Origin: the human T2T-CHM13v2.0 reference genome, Homo sapiens
Direction: 5' to 3' (one strand)
NCBI RefSeq assembly: GCF_009914755.1
Contig: NC_060936.1
DNA: 64,000 nucleotides
Below the pieces are notes generated by a model. That model worked only from the letters and a program-made list of their open reading frames with translations, made no database searches and was not told where the DNA came from. The translations under genes were made by a program, and so were the position numbers. Position 1 is the stretch's first letter. Every line of letters starts with the position of its first letter. Shown piece after piece: positions 58,385 to 64,000 of the stretch.

Positions 58385-61146
58385 GTATTGCTAAGGCTTT
58401 CTCCTGTACATATATCCCAAAGTGGTTCATAGCAGCAATAATCAAAATTTAGAATAATGGTAATATTCAATAATAGGAAGCAATTATTATGGTAATCATC
58501 TGTGGAAGATAATTTCAAGCAACTAATAGCAAAAGCAAAATTATGGAGACTGAATAATGGTGGTAATCAAACGAGCAATTTCCCAACTAAAACGCTTATT
58601 TGACAGCAACCTGGTTAATTAATGTTGTACATCAATTCAAAAACAAACAAGTATATTAGCTAAAAAAATAAGCAGAACACCTTTCAAGATAATTGAGAGA
58701 ATTATTCATAAACGACATAGAAGATCTAATTGATAAATATTTGTGAAAATATACCTCATACAGTTAAGTAGGTAAGATACATAGGTAAAAGATATCTATA
58801 TAAATACTTACTGATACAATTTGCATTCTCTCACAAATATTACCTAATGGTCCATGAAATCAGTGTATTTTGTTTACCACTATATCGATAAACAAAGCAC
58901 TTGAAACATGATAGATGTAATTTGTTGAATTAAGTGAATTGGCAGATGAAAAATTTCTGAGACTGTCTTTTGCAAAGAGAGGATTCATGTTTATTCTTTT
59001 TCAATATTTCATGTGCACTTACTCTTAATGTCTATGCTCCTCCTGCTAATTCTATGGGTTATGAGGGGAAAAAAAGCTAAGTTGCCAGTAAAGTGCGTAG
59101 CAGATTTTTCTGTGTGTTTTGTTTTGTTTTTTGTTTTTTTTTTTTTTTGCTTTATTTTGTTAAACAACACATGGCCCACGGGAACTGGAAAGCTTATCAT
59201 TTGGGTTAAAGTGTTCCTTTTGGTGTTTCACTGTGGCACTGCACAGTAAAGTTTTATAAGTTCCAGGAAAACAAATGAAAACAGTAATTCAGATTCCAGT
59301 CTATCTTTATAGCCTCTAATTTTTGTTCTCACTTATGGCATAGCCATCTTGGGAGCTCTTATTACAAAATTTAAATTCCTGAATCAACAGAGCATTTCAA
59401 ACAGCGAACTGTTGAACTCCTCCAAGAAGATCATGTTGCAGAGGGCAACGGAAGGTCAGGAACTTCTTCCAATTCATTCTTGTCATCTCGGGAAGTAACA
59501 CAATCTTTATGGTGTCATAAATCCCATGCCATTAAAGCACCCAGTGTTCTCATAATATTAAAACAGGTGGTATCAGCCCCTAGTCCCAGCCCTAGTATGT
59601 ATGTTTAAGATTTCATGAGAGATGAGTTGTCAATATTGCCAACTTTTTTAAATATGAAAAATAGGTAGAAAAGGAATGTTGTCAATGATTATAGGATTAA
59701 AAATCTTTTTAAAAGAGAGTATTCAAAAATTCTAAGAAAGTAGTATCTGGTCTTAGCAAACAATAACAGACTCAAATTAAGTGGGCAAAGACATTTCATT
59801 ATTGAGGACAAATTAATGGGAAGGCTAAGAAAAGCAGTAATTATGGATGCAAAAGGAGATGCTGGGGAAAATACAAGTCAACTTTTTCATTTGGTATTTT
59901 GTAACTAACTAGCTGTAGCACATAAGGGTAAAACCAATCTGATAACGCCTAGGATAAATGCAGTGAATTTTATGGAGCTGTAACTTTGGGATTGTTCCGT
60001 ATTTTGAAAAACTTCAATTACATGTAAAATGCTACAAGTGGTATAGTAGGTGTCAGGTCAGGATTAAATAACTAAATGAATATTAAACATATAATTTACG
60101 GCAATATAAAATGTGTTGGTTATTTCTGTTTGTTTGTTGGAGTGTTTTAAATCAATAATCCAGGTCATGTAAAATAAAGTTACTGGGAAAGACTCCACAT
60201 GACATTCTCATTTTCTATTCCTGGATTGGAAATGTTGAAGATGAGCTATGTATTTAATCATGTCTGCTTCTCTCCATGAATAAGGGAATAGCATAAAGAA
60301 CACAGCTTTCTTAAAGTTAATGAAAAAGCAGAACAATCAAAGGAAGCAACTCCGTCAGGGAGCAGCTCTGGTTCCTCAGATCTAAGCAGGGAACAGTAAA
60401 CAACTGCAGTGTCACTATTCCCAGTTGCAGGAAACACAACCTATTATCAAATATCCTGAAGATGATGATATAGGCCCTCCAAGTGACATAAGTCCTTGTG
60501 TAAAGAAAATATAAACTTGCCTTCAGTAAAATAGTCTGTTTTCTTGATTATCCTTTTAACTATTTGATACATACCACCTTCACCTACTGAGACATGGTTA
60601 GAACAGCAACAAATTCTGGATTTTCTGAGTCAGTGCCAAATTAAGTCTTTGGCCCATTTGTTGGTGTGTTCACCTTAGAGTTAGATTCAGAAAATAATGT
60701 TCACTTCCACCTGACATCATTTGGTATTAAAACATTCCAACCTCAATTCAGGCAAGAGCAGAGAAAAAAAGAAGGTTTTTCTAGAATTTCTAAGTCCCAT
60801 TCCAATTTCAACTTCTTAAAAGAAATGATTCAGGCTTTAAAACATCAAAAAAAAAATCATGATAGAAAGTAAGCTAGCAAAAAATACAGGGGTTTTGTTT
60901 GTTTGTTGTTTGTTTAGTTTTAGGTAAGGGAAATTTGAAGATGATAGATTAAGCTTGGACACATCTGTGGAATCTCTGGCGTGAAACTGGTACAGCTATC
61001 CATCTAAATTACTAGAATGATCTTGTTCCTCATCTTTGGAGAAGTCAGAAATGATCCTAAAATGACCAACAGAATTGAGATAGATAGAAGATAGATGCAC
61101 TGCTCTTATCTCCTTCACTACTTGTTATACTGTATACAGCAAGTCT

Positions 61147-61174
61147 GCGTGTGTGTGTGTGTGTGCGTGTGTGT
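61147..61174. repeat. (TG)n microsatellite
   Basis: Directly visible. Confidence 0.95.
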
Positions 61175-61536
61175 AAACTTTCTCAGAATCTCCCTCACTA
61201 TATTGTCGACTTCTTTAAAGTAGGGTTGCATTTTTAAATATTTGATGATGATAAACATGACATGGAATAGTCACATAATAAATGCATGGTTATTACATCA
61301 ATGTATTTATACATGAATTAATGAATGTTATTCTCAAGACAAGAAAAGTAAATAAAATAATAGTTACATTGGTTTTAGCTAATATTCATGAATACCTTGG
61401 TAAGGAAGAAAAATCAAATGAAATGAAAGTTGAGTTGTGTTAATTCATTTTTCTAGCTTGTATGTAAGAAGCAGTAGCGGCATAGATTTGGAAAGATTGC
61501 CTAGCAACTGTTTACCAATAAAGAAAATTTTCAGGA

Positions 61537-61836
61537 TTTTTGTTTGCTTGTGTGTGTTTATGTGTGTGTTTGTTTTTTTGAAACAAATTCTCACTCTGTT
61601 GCTCAGGCTGGAGCACAATGGTACGATCACAGCTCCTGGGTTCAAGTGATTATCATGCCTCAATCTCCCAAGTAGCTGGAATTACACGCATGCACCACCA
61701 CACACACATAAATGTTTAGTAGAGACGAGGTTTGCCATGTTGGCCAGGCTGGTGTCAAACTCCTGGCCTCAAGTGATCCACCTGCCTCGGCCTCCCAAAG
61801 TGCTGGGATTACAGACATGAGCCACTGCACCTGGCC
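61537..61836 (-). mobile_element. AluS with a TG-degenerated tail
   Basis: Antisense dimer ending gagccactgcacctggcc. aataaagaaa on both flanks. Confidence 0.9.
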
Positions 61837-62652
61837 CAAATAAAGAAAGGTCTTGAAAACAAACCTGAAAAAAATGATTCTAAAACATTGTTGTATAGAA
61901 TTAGTTTTTAGCTCAGGTACAGTTAGTTTTTGATTACTTAATTCAATTTCTTAATATGGTTCACAACTTCTTGTGGATTACTTGGCTGAGCTTTTAACAT
62001 CATAGAATAAACAATATTCTCCATTCGCTTTAGTTCAAGCAAAACTTTGCCTTCTTATCTCGGCCACACACAATGCTAAAGAGATAAAACTGTCAACTTT
62101 CTAAAGGGACAGATGAACAGAAAAGCATATATCAAATACAGAGAGAAAGGAACTACTTGTCTGCAACCAGGTCAAGTTATGAGGAAAAGCCACATGGAGA
62201 AAACATGGCCACTCTTGATGATGCTGGAGCTTGATGATGCTGGGACCTTATTGTATCCAATGTTAACTAATTGTTACTCACTTCTCAGCTCAAAACCTGA
62301 GGAATTTACATTGCCTTTACCAACTCATGGCCTTCAGACTGGATATTTTTGACACACTTCTTCACTAAGGGATAACAAATATTAGCCCTGGTGGTATTTT
62401 AAAAATTGACTTATTTATCAATAATTACAATTTGGGATATGTCATAAGCAAAACGTGTAATTCTATACTTCTTGAAAAATTGGAAGCTCAGGTAGCACTG
62501 GGTGACTTCACTTGGAGCTTAGTATTAGCCACTTCCCTTAGACAAAAGAGACATATAACCAATATATCACAATCCCAATCACTTTTAAATGATAAAACAG
62601 CTATGATGTAATAACTCTTTTCAGGAACACGAAAGGTAGAAGTGGGTTAAAG

Positions 62653-62863
62653 CAGTGGTGTGCCGGAGCCAGCTTATACTGATTGGCTCAAGAGAAATAG
62701 TGTGTGCATTTCTTACCAATTTCAAGGTCAATGGCATCATGCTGGTAGCTTTAATTCAGCTACAGTGAGCATACTTACACCACAGAAATCTGCAAATATT
62801 GTCAATCTAATTTTCCATCGAAGCTCTGATACTAGTTGTTAAACATTAACCAGCACACCATTG
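62653..62863. mobile_element. MER63A (hAT-Blackjack MITE)
   Basis: TIRs cagtggtgtgccgg / ccagcacaccattg, ~210 bp. Confidence 0.85.
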
Positions 62864-63394
62864 GATTGAGGTAAAATGCAGAGCACATACCCACATGAAA
62901 GGGACAGCTGCATTTAACAAAGCCACTTTAGTTACATTTGTTAAGTGCCTTATTAAAATCATAATCCACAATAAAAATATATTGAGTCTATCATGATCAA
63001 CCTCTGCTTATCTTTTAAACACAATAACAAATTGTCCATTTGAACAATACTGAACTATTTGTCATTTCTAAGATGGGACAATTTTTTTTCCTCTTGGTTT
63101 CTTTATAATTATTGTACCCCTTTTCTGGAATAATCTTTTCATCTTGTTCATCTGTCAATGCCTGCTTGTCTTCTCAGATTTCAACTCAGGTATATTATCT
63201 TCTCCTGAGTTATTTTTTTAACTGCTGTAAAGGCGTATTTCTGTGCCCCATATCTATGCTTCCTAGGATAAAGCACGTTCCTCTAATAGTGTACAACATT
63301 TGGCAATTGCCTGTTTGTCTCTTCTCTCTGCTAGACGTTGTGCTACTTGAGAATATAGCTTTCCCTTTTATTAATTTATTTCGTTTACATCCTT

Positions 63395-64000
63395 CTGTCA
63401 CAGGATTCTACCAGCCTGGATCCTATGCCTGCCAAGGGCAAGTGGAGCTGGAAGGGATGTGTGAGCAAGCAAGCATCAGGTCCGGCCACTGCACATAGCT
63501 GCTGGCTGCAGTGGGGTGGGCAGCTCCAGTCTCCAGCACAAGAGCCAGCTCCTTGCGAGGCTACAGCTGGACCAGACATCCCACAAGCAGCTTCCACAGA
63601 TGGCACTAGGGAATGCAGTGGCACCCAGAAGCTTGAAGGCACCAGGAACCACAGAGCCCCAAAGAGGGTGTCACAGTCCTGGCTTGGGGAACTCCTAGAT
63701 CTGGGCTCCCTGAAGGACTGCAGCTCTTCTCTCCTTCTTGTCACCCACAACATGGTGAGCAAGGGGTGTGTTTCAGCCCTGTTTGTGTTACAAAGGGCAT
63801 GTTCAGCCCTGCCATTTGGTGGGTCCTGAGTTCTTGTCCAGTGCCCAGGAAAAATGAGGAATGCTGACAAGTGGAGGGTTAGCAAGGCGAAGAGGAGCTT
63901 TATTGAGCAATAGAACAGCTCAGAGGAGACTTGAAGTGGGTAGCATTTGTCCACAGCCAGGGTGTCCCGATGAGTGTTCAGCTCTCAGCAGAGAGGAGAC
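63395..64000 (-). mobile_element. ERV1 LTR (MER52-family), running off the window edge
   Basis: GC-rich block starting tgtcacagg; gagttcttgtcc...gacaagtggagggttagcaaggcgaagaggagctttattgag (AATAAA on the minus strand). Confidence 0.82.

Noticed and set aside
59385-59530. Exon-like stretch with a few CpGs (open frame EHFKQRTVELLQEDHVAEG...)
   Set aside because: No convincing polypyrimidine tract or donor site and no recognisable protein. It cannot be supported without conservation or RNA data.
63385-63954. Longest ORF (189 aa) as a gene
   Set aside because: It lies almost entirely within a GC-rich MER52-type LTR and has no recognisable domain.

Overview
AT-rich, CpG-poor primate (very likely human) genomic DNA that looks intergenic or deep-intronic. 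It is dominated by transposable-element relics: L1 of many ages, Alu, MIR, L2, MaLR/ERVL/ERV1 LTRs, Tigger/hAT/piggyBac DNA transposons, microsatellites and a retroposed 28S rRNA fragment. I cannot support any host protein-coding gene. The ORFs I could place are L1 ORF2, Tigger1 transposase, Alu, LTR or low-complexity fragments, and the rest look like short chance ORFs. There is no prokaryotic-type system. The most unusual features are structural: (i) a ~530-bp non-TE fold-back palindrome at 8188-8720 whose core is far better conserved than its edges; (ii) an exact 43-bp copy at 51028 of a locally mutated L1 segment 3.4 kb upstream; (iii) several micro-inversion/fold-back scars; (iv) a three-segment rearranged L1, two twin-primed L1s and a three-level L1 nest. 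Subfamily names come from my recollection of consensus sequences and need RepeatMasker/Dfam confirmation. Boundaries are approximate.
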